Shown piece after piece: positions 63,831 to 64,000 of a stretch of 64,000 bases of DNA. The notes beneath the pieces were generated by a model. The model saw only the letters and a program-made list of their open reading frames with translations. It ran no database searches and had not been told where the DNA came from. Positions within the stretch are counted from its first letter, which is position 1. Every line of letters begins with the position of its first letter. The position numbers and the translations under genes are program-made. The stretch spans positions 124,001-188,000 of the IMG/VR virus record IMGVR_UViG_3300005289_000016, one strand, 5' to 3'.

Positions 63831-64000
63831 TTACCAACGCATGGTCGCTGACTTTCCTTTGACCGTGACCTTCTTGCCTTTGAGCCAGTCTTTCAGATCC
63901 ACCAACTCACAGCTATCAATCATCTTCGAGCCAATGACCGACTTGGTCTTGTACTCGTTGCTCATGCCGTTGTGCAGGTTGTCCACCTTGACCCACATGG
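63831..64000 (-). CDS. partial CDS (3' end), runs off the window
   Basis: ...MWVKVDNLHNGMSNEYKTKSVIGSKMIDSCELVDLKDWLKGKKVTVKGKSATMRW-stop. Confidence 0.65.
   Translation of the reverse strand, partial: MWVKVDNLHNGMSNEYKTKSVIGSKMIDSCELVDLKDWLKGKKVTVKGKSATMRW

Noticed and set aside
1-64000. tRNA, rRNA, integrase or transposase genes
   Set aside because: No cloverleaf with a GTTCRA T-loop and acceptor stem, and no recognisable recombinase or transposase motifs seen by eye; tRNAscan-SE would confirm

Overview
A 64 kb segment of a lytic jumbo-phage genome, most consistent with a phiKZ-like (Chimalliviridae-type) phage of Pseudomonas. Evidence: dense, mostly co-oriented small genes, a greatly expanded ThyA, a paralogous array of phiKZ-type virion genes, TATG late-promoter-like motifs, UUCG terminators, and a close copy of the Pseudomonas regulator AmrZ. 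Layout: 1-24 kb, + strand accessory genes (SspB-like adaptor, thyA, SPFH lipoprotein, 2OG-Fe(II)-like protein, HD hydrolase, Tat-signal peptide, AlpA-HTH fusion). 24-29 kb, + strand tail-fibre-like genes. 29-40.7 kb, - strand paralogous tail/baseplate array with lectin-like modules. 41-64 kb, + strand ligA, folA, two Nudix hydrolases, a fibre-like gene pair, an AAA+ ATPase with an HslV/proteasome-like Ntn hydrolase, and AmrZ. The best candidates for undescribed biology are two apparently non-coding, strongly base-paired regions, each starting at the G of a TATG motif: about 870 nt at 60935-61810 and about 145 nt at 40927-41070. Host-takeover candidates are the AmrZ mimic, SspB, the Ntn/AAA+ pair and the Tat peptide. 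No tRNA, rRNA, CRISPR array, integrase or transposase was recognised. All family assignments come from motif recognition by eye, not from database searches.
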